A stretch of DNA of 63,821 nt, filler included, from Chiloscyllium plagiosum (Eukaryota): the NCBI RefSeq assembly GCF_004010195.1. It is 3 parts of one record of this genome, joined end to end, with 100 filler letters (N's around TTAATTAATTAA, not from the genome) between each part and the next. Parts side by side here need not be neighbours in the genome. Positions count along the whole stretch, not along the records: positions 1 to 27,111 come from NC_057710.1; 2 more parts are not named here. One strand, 5' to 3'. Each line of letters begins with the position of its first letter. The first letter of the stretch is position 1. Below the pieces are notes generated by a model. That model searched no databases, was not told the origin of the DNA, and worked only from the letters and a program-made list of their open reading frames with translations. A program made the translations under genes and the position numbers. Shown piece after piece: positions 11,507 through 24,600 of this stretch.

Positions 11507-12840
11507 TGAGAGTGTTCTGGATTAGTGGTGCTGGAAGAGCACAGCAGTTCAGGCAGCATCCAAGGAGCAGTAAAATCGACGGTTCGGGCAAAAGCCCTTT
11601 ATCAGGAATACAGGTGGAGAGATAAGTGAGAGGAGGGTGGGGGTGGGGGTGGGGAGAAAGTACCGGGTTGAGAGTGTTGCTGGAAAAGTACAACAGGTCA
11701 GGCAGCATCTGAGGAGCAGGAAAATCAACGTTTCGGGCCGGAGCTCTTCATCAGGAATGAGGGGGGAGAGATAAATGGGAGGGCAGGTGGGGCTGGGGAG
11801 AAGGTAGCTGAGAGTGCAATAGGTGGATGAAGATGGAGGCAAAGGTGATAGTCCAGACAGGAGGGTGGAGTGGATAGGTGGGAAGGAAGATTGACAGGTA
11901 GGACAGGTCATGAGAGCGGTACTGAGCTGGAAGGTTGGAGCTGGGGTAATGTGGTGGTGTGGGGAAATGAGGAAACTGGTGAATATCACATTTGGTGTGT
12001 TCTGTGGTGGAACTGGTCCTCCTGGGAGCAGATGCGGCAGAGGTGGAGGAATTAGGAATATGGGATAGCATTTTTGCAGGAGGTAGGATTGGAGGAGGTG
12101 TAATCCAGGTAGCTGTGGGAGTCGGTGGGTTTGTAAAGAAATGACAATATTGAGTTGGTCCTTGTGGATGGAGACGGAGAGGTCTAGGAAGGTGAGGGAG
12201 GTGTCAGAGATGGTCCAGGTGAATTTAAAGTCAGGGTGGAATGTGTGTTGGTGAAGTTGATAAACTGTTCGACCTCCTCGTGGGAGCACGAGGTGGCAAT
12301 GATGCAGTCATCAATGTAGTGGAGGAAGAGTTGGGGAGTGGTGCCAGCATAACTCTGGAAGATGGACTGTTCTACGTAGCCGACAGAGGCAGGTATAGCT
12401 GGGGACCATGCGGGTGCCCATGGCTACCCCTTTCGTCTGGAGGAAGCAGGAAGATTGGAAGGAGAAATTGTTGACAGTGAGGACCAGTTCAACCAAACGA
12501 ATAAGAGTGTCAGTGGAAAGATATTCGTCGGGACGTTGGGAGAAGACGAAACTGAGGGCTTGGAGGCCTTGGTCATGGCGCATGGAGGTGTAGAGGGACT
12601 GAATGTCCATAGTGAAGATGAGGCATTGGGGGCCAGGGAAACAAAATCTTGGAGGAGGTGGAGGGTGTGGGTGGTGTCTCGAACATGTGTGGAGTTCCTG
12701 GACCGGTGAGGTAGGACAGTACCGCGGTAGGTGTTCAGTGGGGCAGGAGCAGGCTGGCACGATGGGTCGGCCGGGGTAGTCAGACTTGTGGATCTTGGGT
12801 AGGAGGTAGAATCGGGCGGTGCGGAGTTCCCGAACTATGA
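11507..12840 (-). mobile_element. PLE with RT fragment and tandem terminal repeats carrying two hammerhead motifs
   Basis: FTMDIQSLYTS, QTKGVAMGTRM, FLDLSVSI; hammerhead-like motifs at 11574-11609 and 11723-11758. Confidence 0.85.
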
Positions 12841-14066
12841 GGAAAGAGTAGTTAATGGGTCATTTTTAAACTGGATTAAGATTTGTACTAGAGTTCCCTA
12901 TGGGTATGTTTGGACCCTTAAACTTCATGATATGCTAGTGACATAGATCTTGGTCTGCATGGCACAATCGCAACATTTGTGGATGGCAAAAAAGACAGGA
13001 AGCATTCTGAACTATTGATAAAGTACACAGTATCCTTGGATTTAGTAATAGAGACATGAAGTACAAGAGTCACATTATGTAAAACTGGTATGAAGTGCTA
13101 TTTTGGCGTCAACAATTGTTCTATCCAAAGCTAACTGGCCTTTGCTTTCCTGCTTCCTGTCTCTCTTTTTTTGAATAAAGGAGTTACAGCTTCTATCTTC
13201 CAATCTATTGGGACCATCCTTGAATCAGTGCTTTGGGAAATTAGAACCAATGCATCAATTATCTCATGAGCTGCATCTTTTAAAATGCATCATGATGAAG
13301 TCCATCAGTACCTGGGCCAATGTCAGCCTGCATCTCCAACTACTTAGCACCGCTTCCCTTCTGATTTGCTTTTCCTGAATTGCTCTTTCCCTTCCATTAC
13401 ACGATTTGTTACTCCTGGGATGTTACTTTTAAGCTCTGTAATGAAGACTGTTGCAAAATACCCACTCAAATTATCAGCATTTTCCTATTTTCCAGTAATA
13501 TTTCTTCAGTCTGACTTTCTGTAGTACCATAGTACCATAAGATGTAGGAACAGAATTAAGACATTTGACCCATTAAGTCTGCTCCGCCATTGGACGATGG
13601 CTGATATGTTTCTCAGCCACATTTTCCTGTCTTCTCATTAATCAAAAACCTGTCTATCCGTGTCTTAAATTCAGAGAGGTCCATTATTGTCTTCTTAAAT
13701 AACAGATTTCCCTACCACTGCCTCCACAGACTTCTGTCACAACGAATTGCACAGATTCACCACTCTGGCTGAAGAAATTTCCAAGTCTTTTGATAGAAAG
13801 GGGCTTATAATGTTGCCAAAAAGAGGAGGAAATCTGAGAGCTGTGAAGATTTTAGGATTAAGCAAAGGAGACCATGAAATTGATCATTATGTTCTATCCT
13901 TTCATTTGTTAAACTACCAAGGATCACGATAAAAAAATTAATATACTTGTGTTTGTTGGAAAAAAGGATGTGGTTAGTGAAAATAAATGTCAATTGGAGG
14001 CAGAGACTGAGAAATTATAATGGGAAATTTGAAATTGTGAGAGTTAATAAGCAAGTTCTGTACTTT

Positions 14067-14250
14067 AGGAGAAAGTGAAGAATGCAGATGTTGGAGCTCA
14101 GAGCCAAGAGTGTAATGCTGGAAAAGCACAGCAGCTTATGCAGCATCCGAGGAGCAGAAGAATTGACGTTTTGGGCATTAGCCCTTCATCAGGAATTCTG
14201 AAAGGTCGATTCTCCTGTTCCTCGGATGCTGCCTGACCTGCTATGCTTCT
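14067..14250. mobile_element. Short fold-back hammerhead element (family A)
   Basis: Minus-strand motif 14161-14196; flanks CAAGTTCTGTACTTT/CAAGTACTGTACATT (14052-14066, 14251-14265). Confidence 0.7.
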
Positions 14251-15189
14251 CAAGTACTGTACATTAGCCTGGATTATGCAGAGGTAATGATGAAGATGTT
14301 CATGTTTGTTTCTTCTGAGACTCTACAGTCCAAACATACGTAGTTAAATATCAAAATCTAGAAGCCAGTGGTTAAGAATTCTATGTCATAATTATTGAAT
14401 AAAGAACCTGTCTGGTTCTAGAAAATTATGCTTGTAATCGCAAAATGTTCAATCACAAAAGTTCCAAGTTTATAATAGTTTAGCTTCTAATACTGTTTCC
14501 AAGTCAAATAAAATTCATAGGAAGTGTTACTAATATTAGTAACACTTATTATTAAAATATAATAAATGCATTTGACTTCCTCGTTTTCTCTCAGCAAATG
14601 CCTCTGTGACTGTTGATTTTGCTTAATGGCATTCCTATTGCTAAACACCAAGTTCCCCTTTACGTAGGTCAGTTTTGGTAAAGGTGAAATCCATGCTGCA
14701 CAGATTACTAATTCTTTGTGGTCAGTTTCTGCAAGGTCAATGGTGAGTTTGCCATTCACTGCAATCTGGGCATTCTTCTTCGTAGATGGCAGGAAAAAAC
14801 CCCAGATCTAGTGAGAATGAACAACTTGAAGAAATATTACTGGAGAGGTTAAGTGGCCTGAAAAAGTGTCAAATCCCTGGACCTGATTGCTAAAGGTTTT
14901 ATAAGAAGTGTCCACAGAGATGGTCCATGTTTTGATTTTGATCTTCCAGAAATCCCTAGATCCTAGAATAGTCCCTGTGGGTTAGAAATGCAACACCACT
15001 GTTCAGAAATGAAAGAACAGAGAAATGGGGAAGCTCCATTAGAGAGAAAATGTTGGAATTTGTTATTTAAGAATACAATAATGGACCTCTTAGAAAATCA
15101 TAGCACAGTTGGGAGGAGTCAGTGTGGATTTATGAAAGGGAAAATAAATTTGACAGAGGTTTTTTAATTTGTAACTAGCAGGGTAGTAG

Positions 15190-16570
15190 AAACCTCTTGA
15201 ATGCAGTTGGAGCTGCACTCATCAAGGCAAATGTGGAATGTTCCATCACATGCCTGATGTGTGCTTTGTAGACGTTGGACAGGCTTTGGGGAGTCAGAAG
15301 GTGAGTTCTGCGCTGCAGTGTTCCTAGCCTCTGTGGTGCAAATGTTACTTCGACTTGTCACTTATTGGCCCAAGCCTAGGTTTTGTTCAGATCTTGTTGG
15401 ATTTGGACATGGATTGGTTCAGTATCTGAGGAGTTGCGAATGGTGCAAAACATTGTGCAACCAATCGCAAACATCCCCATTTTTGATCTCAGAATGGAGG
15501 GAAGGTCATTGCGGAAGTAGCTGAAGATGGTTGGGTTGAGGACACTACCTTGAGGAATTCCTGCAGAGATGTCTTGGAACTCAGATGACTGACCTCCAGC
15601 AACCATCTAGGAGAAAGTGAGGACTGCAGATGCTGGAGATCAGAGCTGAAAATGTGTTGCTGGAAAAGCGCAGCAGGTCAGGCAGCATCCAAGGCGCAGG
15701 AGAATCGACGTTTCAGGCATGAGCCCTTCTTCAGGAATGAAGAAGGGCACATGCCCGAAACGTCGATTCTCCTGCGCCTTGGATGCTGCCTGACCTGCTG
15801 CACTTTTCCAGCAACACATTTTCAGCTCCAGCAACCATCACCCATCTTCCAATGTGCCAGTTCTGACTCCACACACTGGAGAGTTTTCCCATTAATTCTC
15901 ATTGAGTTGAGTTTTGCTAGGACTCTTTGTTGTCACACTCAATCAAATGTGACCTTGATGTCAAGGTCTATCATTCTCTCCTCACCTGGGGAATTCAGCT
16001 GTTTTGTCCATGTTTGAGCCAAGACATAAATGAAGCCAGGAGCTAAGTGACCTTTGCAGAACCCAAAATATGCGTCAGTGAGCAGGTTATTGCAAAGTAA
16101 ATGCTGCTTAATAGTGTTGTTAATGTCATGTTCCATCACTTTACTGATGATTGACAGTAGAGAGGGGCAGTAATTAACTGTGTTGGATTTGTCTTGCTTT
16201 TTGTATACAGGATATACCTGGGAAATGTTTCGCATGGTAGGGTAGATGCCAGCACTATAGCTGCACAGAAAGAAATTCGGAATCACAAATCCTCAGTGTT
16301 ATTGTCGAAATGTTGTCAGGGCGCAAAGCCTTTGCATTATCCAATGCCTCCAACCATTTCTTGATATATGTGGAGTGAATCAAATTGGCTGAAAGGTGGT
16401 TGCTGTAATGCCAGGGACCACTGGAGGGTGCAGAGATGGCTCATCCACTCAGCACCTCTTGCTGAAGATGGTTGTGAATGCTTCAACCTTATTTTTTGCA
16501 CTGATATGCTTTTCCATCATTGAGGATGGGGATGTTTGTGGAGCCTCCTGCTTCAGTGAGTATATGTTCT
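15190..16570 (-). mobile_element. Degenerate CR1/L2-group LINE RT fragment
   Basis: VYPVYKKQDKSNTVNYCPSLLSIISKVME; GIPQGSVLNPTIFSYFRNDLPS; lies inside plus-strand CR1 remnants (about 14810-16900). Confidence 0.75.
15608..15825. mobile_element. Young fold-back hammerhead element (family A)
   Basis: Near-perfect inverted arms with back-to-back motifs (minus 15703-15738, plus 15738-15768); exact flanking repeat CTCCAGCAACCATC (15594-15607, 15826-15839). Confidence 0.85.
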
Positions 16571-18079
16571 ATTATTGATGTCTGAATGGAATGCAGAAAG
16601 GATGTTACCGCTGGCTTTGACATCTACGACAGGAGATAATATCCCTGAATAAAAAAGCAATTCATTTAACTGAAAGGAAGTTCTTCTGTTAGGAGGTGGT
16701 AAATCTATGGAATTCTCTACCTCAGAAGGTGTTGGAAGTTCATTCATTAAGCAAGTTCAAGACAGATTGATAGATTTTGAGTTACATCAGGGGTGTGAAG
16801 ATAGTGTGGGAATATTGAAGTAGATGATCAGTCACAATGTAGAGTGGTGAACCAGAGTGAAAGGGCAATGGCTTACTTCTGCTTCAATAGCTATGTTCCT
16901 TTTTGCCAGAAAAAACAACTTGGGTGTTTTTTTTTAACAGCTAGATCATCCAGGCAGTGTCAGGGAGACCTCAGAACAAGTAACATGAGTTTATCCTAAA
17001 TTAAAAACGTATTATTGAAAATTATTTATTTTCAATTTCAAATATATAACACTAAATTTAAGATTAAATGTAAGATGAAATTAGATTTAAAAACAAATCT
17101 ACTCCCTGGACTGACTGCAATAACAACAACCACAGAAAATCAGTCTTATGAAGTTTTTTTATATTTAGAATCAGGGAATGGTTACAGCTCGGGCAATTCA
17201 TATTATTTATCTAATCTTGATTCAGTAATAAAGCTTTTGCCTCATTGTCAGAAGTTGTAGCTGCAGGACTTGTGGAACAACATGACTAACTTCAGTCTTG
17301 GTGGTGCCTTTTAAAGTCTAGGTTATGAAGTAAAATTTGCTGTGTTAGGAGATGTAACGATTGGTGACTAAAAGCTTGATCAAAGAGAAAGTTGTAAGAA
17401 ACATCACAAAAAAGGAAACAAAAATAGAGAAGCAGAAAGGTCTAGGGAGGGAATTCCAGAGTGTAAACCTGGGAAACTGAAGTCATAGGCATAAATTTTG
17501 AGGCAGGGAAAATCTGGCATCCGAAGATTGCTAAGATCTGAGTTGTAGGGCTAGAGGAGGCTACAATATGGGGAGAGGCTGTGATATATTTGTAAATGAG
17601 GGTGGGAATTTTTAAAGTCGAGGCATTGCTAGACTAGCGGTCAATGTAGATTGGCAACCATGGATGCATTAGGTGAGCAGCATTATCCTAACTCTCATTG
17701 TGTGAGAGTTAGGATAATGGCTGCTGAGTTTGAATGATTTCAAGTTTATGTAAGATAATAGATAGGTGACTATTGAGAGGAACATTACAATAGACAAGTT
17801 TAGAGGAGATAAAGGATGGTTGAAGAAGTCAAGGAGTATAGAAGTTCTTCCTGCTGTCCAGATCCATATCTATCTGTCAACCACCATTACATAGGAATAT
17901 GTATAATGGACAGCATAGAAGCTTATCATGCAGCCCTGCTAGTCTTTGCTGGTGTATGTGCTCAACAATCCTCCATGCATCCTACTCATGTAACCCCTCC
18001 AGCAGAAGCTTCTGTTATGCTACCACAAGTACACAGGTACCAAGACAAATTGAGAAGAGGGATTTATTGGAGGTTTCAC

Positions 18080-18290
18080 TGATGGGAATTTCCCAGAACT
18101 TCAGTGGCATCACTACCCACAAGAGGAAAGTGAAGGATTTTACAGTGCAATTAAACAATTCAAATATGCTGATGATTCCCATTGGAAAGTATCAGTCAGC
18201 ATGAGGAAATACTTGAAGCACAGATGGAATTGGCACAGGAACTAAACAAAGTGGGAGCAGTTTTGTGGTAGGATTGCTCCAAATATATTC
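18080..18290 (+). mobile_element. Ancient non-LTR RT remnant, clade uncertain
   Basis: Frameshifted GISQ.SVAS...KDF/YSAIKQFKYADD...ELAQELNKV resembles the RT QG/YADD region. Confidence 0.4.
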
Positions 18291-19277
18291 TAGTTTGGTA
18301 AGTCAAAAGCCAAGAGGGGGATCTGGGTTGGATCACACCGAAAACTGGGCCAGCTCTTCTGCTGTTTGTCACAATTGAATATTTTATGGATTGTTGAAAG
18401 ATATCTGAGGACACATCATTGTAAACAGTTTATGTTTGGCTCATTACTATTTGTGCACATTTTACACAGTTGCTTGCTGCAGTTCCCTCTATTACACAGG
18501 TTTCTATGCTTCAAAGATACTTAACTGGGACTTAAAGGTACTTTGGGAGATGCTGAGACTGTGAAGGCATTCTATAATTGTTAGTTCTTTTGTTCTTTAA
18601 TATCTATAATTTTACTGAGCAGATATGGTTAATCATTTTTAAGATAGTTGCTATCAATACTATATTACATTCAGAATCTACTGTCTCCGGGATGTAGGGT
18701 TTATTTACTCGGAAAGCAGATTTGCTATTTAATTTATGATTAGGTAAGCTTATACAGTGTTTTTTCATTTTTTCAATATTCAGAAGAGAAGTCTCCTCTT
18801 TCTGTTAACTGAAAAGTTCATAGTTGAAATCAATTTACCTAGTGTTGCTTAATTCCTAATAGCTGTTGGTTCAAAGTACAAACTGCCAAAAAGTTGGTAT
18901 GAGTTGGGGGCACTCCTCAGTGCTATGAAAATGAGAAAATTCACATGGCTTCAATAAAAGACTGAATTTGGGATAACATTGGAGCAGAGATTTTAATCTG
19001 ACTTGTACCAAATAAGAGTGTTTAATTTTGGAACCACCAAATTTCATTTAATTGTAATTTAAAACTCCTCCTATTAGTGGGAACACTTATTTAGAAAAGG
19101 CAGAAATATTATATAAAGTAGAATTAAGTAATTCTATTCAATTTGTTTTCTGGGAGACTCCAGTTTATTGAGACCAAGACCTTGAAAATAATGTTTAGCG
19201 AAATTTTCCCAAAATAATGTAGAACTTGAAAATCTAAACTGCATTTTTCTTTTTTTAGTGGCAATATAAGTGGTAGA

Positions 19278-19846
19278 ATGTCCTCATGTCTCTACGAATG
19301 TCTGCGTGAAGCTGGACTGGAGCAGTATTACACTCACTTCACAGCAATGGGTTTTCTGAAATCGCAAGATCTAGTTAAGCTGACCATGAATGATTACTCT
19401 GTGCTGGGAATGCATAGCATGCGTGACCAAAAGCGTTTATTCCAACTCATTCAAATTATAAAAGCTGTACAAAATGAGGACCACGATGCCAGTGCAAGTA
19501 CTGACTGTTCCCAGCCAGACTCACTTAATGTCTTTGTGGAGAGAACTAAACCTGGCCCTCGGCGTCAGTTGAACTTTGAGTACATACCTAATCATAAAAG
19601 GGCCAATATCAGTCAGGTTTCTGAAACCAGTAGCTATCCTCCACTATCATCTGAAAATCATCTTCAGGATACTCCTTCAGGATTGTCGAAACCTCCTTCA
19701 CCAGTTGACCAGCTACCTGTCAAGTTATGTCTAAAGGATATGCGCTCTCTTCCTGAGAAGGAAGCTGATTGCTCAACAGTCCAAAATACAAAAATGATTT
19801 TGCATGTTTCAGGATATAATTATGGACTACCACATGCTGTCTTAAG
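19278..19846 (+). CDS. KIF24: Kinesin family member 24, first coding exon (N-terminal SAM domain); exon 19259-19846
   Basis: MSSCLYECLREAGLEQYYTHFTAMG...DQKRLFQLIQIIK...GPRRQLNF...HVSGYNYGLPH matches the KIF24 N-terminus as I recall it (MASWLYECLCEAELAQYYSHFTALG...GPRRQLNF...HVSGYNYGIPH); acceptor TTTTTTAG at 19258; phase-2 donor AG|GTATTG at 19846. Confidence 0.93.
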
Positions 19847-21629
19847 GTATTGTAATGACAGTTTCAAGATTGACCGTGCATTAGTTTGTAGTTTTAGAAT
19901 TTTTGCAAAACTCTGAGTATTAATGTGATCACAATATTAAGAGACAGTGAGTCAATGCATGATTTTTATTTTGTGGGAAATTGGTTGAATTTAGGAGTGG
20001 ATGTAATTGACATCTGCTATTGGTATTGCATAAGACTAGTTTATATATCAAAAATAATCTCTCAGTTCTTGAATATTGATGATCTCCTAGTGTCTTGATA
20101 TCCAGTGAGATGAGATAAATACTTTTGTTCATAGAACTTTTGTAGACTATTCCTTATGTGTTAACTATATTTTCATCGATGTCAGAAAACATATTATTGA
20201 GTTTCTCTGGGGAAGCAGAAGGTTTCTGGATTCTATTGGGCCACAGGGCCACTGCAGTTACCAGATTTCTCATCTGTTGATCTGCTGCAATATTTCTGTT
20301 GCTGTACAGTGGCTAAAGCCATTTTATGTTATTAGAATACTTATTATTTTGGATAGTTGATTTGGTCCATCGCAGGATATGACAATAGGACCTTCAAATG
20401 TGTCAATATTTTCATGCAATTGCTTGTTTCCAAAAGGCTTGGGACACAAAGCCTTGCGTTCATAGTGCAAGGTTGGGTAGTCAGCCCTTCACATCTGTAC
20501 TGTCATCTTAAAAGATTCACTGTACTTGTTGCATAGCCCAGTGAAACTTTCTCCTTCAAATATTTCTCCAATTTCTTTCTAAAAGTCATTGTTGAATCTG
20601 GTTCTACCACCCTTCAGGTTGTGTATTACAGCTCATCAGAAGTCATTAAAGTCATAGAGATGTACAGCATGGAAACCGAGCCTTCGGTCCAACCTGTCCA
20701 TGCCAACCAGATATCCCAACCCCAATCTAGTTCTTCCTGCCAAAGAAAACAATTTTTTTTTCTCTTGTTTTGCCTATTGCGTTATTTACTCTCAGAAGCC
20801 TTTGTAATATTAGACACTGGTTTTAAATCTCTCCTTAACTTTCTCAGCTTTAATATGGACAGTCCCAGCTTCTCTAGTCTTTGGTCCTGGAACTTCAGTT
20901 ATGTACAATCTTGTAAGTTTTATAAACACCCTCTTGAGTTTCTTTATATCCTTTATAAAAAATTGTACTCTGAATTGGCCGCAATAGTCGAGTAGGAGCT
21001 TGACTCGTATTTTGTAAAAGTTTAGGATAACTTATTTTAGGTCCTATCCTTCTATTAATAAAACCAAAGATGCTTTTTGAACGGCCTCCTCAATGGTATA
21101 CCTCCTTTTCAAATTGCTTATTTTTTTTTGCATCTCGTTTGCTGTAACCCCTTAAAATTATAGCATTTATTTTGTATTTTCCCCCATAACCATTTTTCTA
21201 TCTGATGTGTATCTACATATTTCAGATACTTCAGAAGTCAAATGCTGCTCTCCTTGCTGTTTATTGCATTTATGAGTTTTGTTCATAGAAGCTTACAAAT
21301 TAGGACCCATCAGTATGCCATTTGGTTATTGAGATCATGGCTGATTTGATTGTGGTCTCAATTCCACATTCTTGTCTAACCTCTACAATTTTGGGATTAT
21401 CTTGTCAATCAAGAATCTAACTCAATCTTAAAAATATTCAATATTCAATTCAAAGCTCATTTGGTTTGCCTTCTGCAAATTTTGAAATGATGCCTGGTGT
21501 GCACTAAAATGTATATCACAAAGTGTAATCATTTTGAATGTCAACCTAAGGGGGAGTACTGTATCCTTCCTTGCAATCAGAAAAACAAGTGAATACTACA
21601 GTTTTCTGTTTGCTAATTTTGTATCCTTA

Positions 21630-24600
21630 GTAGTGTGATATGCTCTTGTTGGATGTGGGAGTTTATGGAGAGTTTACATGTTACTCAGGATTATATCTGC
21701 AATAAATGCCGTTGGTTGCGAATCCAATTAAATGGAATGGTTTGAGTGACATTTAGAGGCAATGAAGAATTTGCAAGAGCAAGGGGGTGTGATGGCTGGC
21801 AGTTATAGGAAGGGAGAAAAGTCGCAGATGCAGTCACATAGATGGGTTAACTCTAGGAATGGTTAGGCAGGTAGTGCAGGAGTCTTCTGTGGCTATCCTC
21901 ATTTCAAACAAGTATGCTGTTTTGGAAAATGTAGGGGGTTATGGATTATCAGGGGAATGTAGCACGAACAGCCAAGTTTCTGGTATTGAGACTGGCTCTA
22001 ATGCAATGAGGGGTATGTCGGGTTCCAAGCGATCAATTGTGTTAGGGAACTCTGTAGTCCAAGGCACAGACAGACGTTTCTGTGGCCAACAATGAAAAAT
22101 TAGAATGGTGTGTTGCTTTCCTGGTACCAGGATCAAGGATGTCTCAGAGAGGGTGCAGAATGTTCTCAAGGGTGAGAGGGGCCAGCAGGAGGTCATTGTA
22201 CACATTGGAAATAACGACATAGGAAGGGTAAAGATTGAGATTCTGAAGGGAGAATACAGAGAGTTAGGCAGGAAATTAAAAAGGAGGTCCTCAAGAGTAG
22301 GAATATCTGGATTATTCCTGGTGCTACGAGCTAGTGCAGGTAGCATCAGGAGGCTAGAGCAGATGAATGCATGGCTGAGGAGCTGCTGTATGGGAGAAGG
22401 ATTCACATTTTTGGATCATTGGAATCTCTTTTGGGATAGAATTGACCTATACAAGAAAGACAGATTACACTTGAATTGGAAGAGGACTAGTATACTGGCA
22501 GGGAGATTTGCTAGAGTTGCTCAGGATTATTTAAACTGGTAAGGTGTGGGGGATGGGACCCAGGGATATAGTGAGGAAAGAGATCAATCTGAGACTGGTA
22601 CAGTTGAGAAAAGAAGTGAGTCAAACAGTCAGGGCAGGAAGGGATAAAGCAGAGAAAAAGGTAGGGCTGATAAATTAAACTGCATTTATTTCAATGCAAG
22701 AGGCCTAACAGGGAAGGCAGATGAACTCAGGGCATGGTGAGGAACATGGGACTGGGATATCATAGCAATTACAGAAAAAATGGCTCAGGGATGGACAGGA
22801 CTGACAGCTTAAGGTTCCAGGATACAAATGCTACAGGAAGGACAGAAAGGGATGCAAGAGAGGAGGGGGAGTGGCATTTTTGATCAGGGATAGCATTACA
22901 GATGTACTGAGGGAGGATATTCCCAGAAATACATCCAGGGAGGTTATTTGGGTGGAACTGAAAACTAAGAAAAGGATGATCACCTTATTGGAATTGTATT
23001 GTAGACCTCCTAATAGTCAGAGGGAAATTGAGAAACAAATTTGTAAGGAGATTTCAGTTATCTGGAAGAATAATAGGGTGGTTATGGTAGGGGATTTTAA
23101 CTTTCCAAACACAGACTGGGACTGCTATCGTGTAAAGGGTTTAGATGGAGAGGAATTTGTTAAGTGGAGACAAGAAAACTTTCTGCTTCAGTATGTGGAT
23201 GTACCTACAAGAGAAGGTGCAAAACTTGACCTACTCTTGGGAAATAAGGCAATGCAGGTGACTAAGGTGTCAGTGGGGGAGCACTTTGGGGCCAGCAACC
23301 ATAATTTACTAGGTTTAAAATAGATAGACCAGATCTAAAAGTTGAAGTTCTAAATTGGAGAAAGGTCAGTTTTGACAGTATTAGGTAAGAACTTTCAAAA
23401 GCTGATTAGGGGCAGATGTTCTCAAGTAAAGGGATGGCTGGACAATGGGAAGCCTTCAGAAATGAGATAACGAGCATGCAGCAACAGTATATTCCTGTCA
23501 GGGTGAAAGGAAAGGCTGGTAGGTATACAGAATGCTGGATGACGAGAGAAATTGAGGGTCAAGAGTGTGTTGCTTGGAAAGCACAGCAGGTCAGGCATCA
23601 TCCGAGGAGCAGGAGAATTGACATTTCGGGCATAACCCCTTCATCAGGAATGAGGCCTGTGGGCTGGGGCTGAGAGATAAATGGGAGGGGAGTGGGGTGT
23701 GGGGAAGGTAGCTAAGAAGGCGATCGGTAGATGAAGGTGAGGAAGAAGGTGTTGGGTCAGAGGGGGGAGTAATGGACAGGTCTGGAGGTGGTGCTGAGTT
23801 GGAGGCTTGGGACTGGAGATAATGTTGGGGGAATGGAATTGAGGAAGCTGTTGAAATCCACATTTATCCTGTGTGGTTGTCGGGTCCCAAGGCAGAATAT
23901 GAGGTGTCCTTCCTCCAGTTTGGCAGTGGAGAAAGCCAGACCTGCATGTCCTTGACAGAGTGGGAGGGTGAGTTGAAGTGTTCAGTCACGGGGTGGTGAG
24001 GTTGGTGCGTGCAGGTGTCCCAGAGATGTTCTCTGAAATGATCCACAATAAGGCGACCTGTCTTCCTGATGCAGAGGAGACCACACTGGGTGCAACGAAT
24101 GCAGTCGATGACATTGATTGAGGTACAGGAAAATTTCTGACGGATGTGGAAGGATCCCGAAGCACCCTTGGATGGAGGTGAGGGGAGTGTTGTGGGTGCA
24201 GATTTTGCGCTTGCTGCGATGGTGGGGAAAGGTGCCAAGAGTGGGGTGTGGACTGAGGCATGGACCTGATGAGGGAGTCTCGGAGGGAATGGTCTCTCTA
24301 GAATGCTGATAGGGTAGGGAGGGAAATATATCTTTGGTGGGGTCCATTTGAAGGCTGCAGAAGTGGCGGAGGATGATGTGATGTATGCGAAGGTTGGTGG
24401 TGTGGAAGGTGAGGACCAAGGGGGTTCTATCCTTCTTGCATTGGGAGGGGTGTGGTTTGGTTAAGAAAAAGAAGGAAACATATGACAGGATAGAACAAGT
24501 GAATCTTAAAACTATAAAGACAGTTGGAGTATACTTAAGAGGGAAATCAGGAGGGCAAAAAGGGGACATGAGATAGCTGTGTCAAATAGAATTAAGGAGA

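Noticed and set aside
14487..14759. 90-aa minus-strand ORF as a retrocopy
   Set aside because: No recognisable protein, poly(A) tail or TSD.
5362..15825. Recurrent GAAAAGCACAGCAGGTCAGGCAGCATCC as CRISPR-like repeats
   Set aside because: Dispersed, inverted TE sequence in a eukaryote; no repeat-spacer periodicity.
19847..19916. C-terminal YCNDSFK...FAKL of the 212-aa ORF, suggesting a standalone SAM protein
   Set aside because: Read-through past the donor at 19846; KIF24 similarity ends there.
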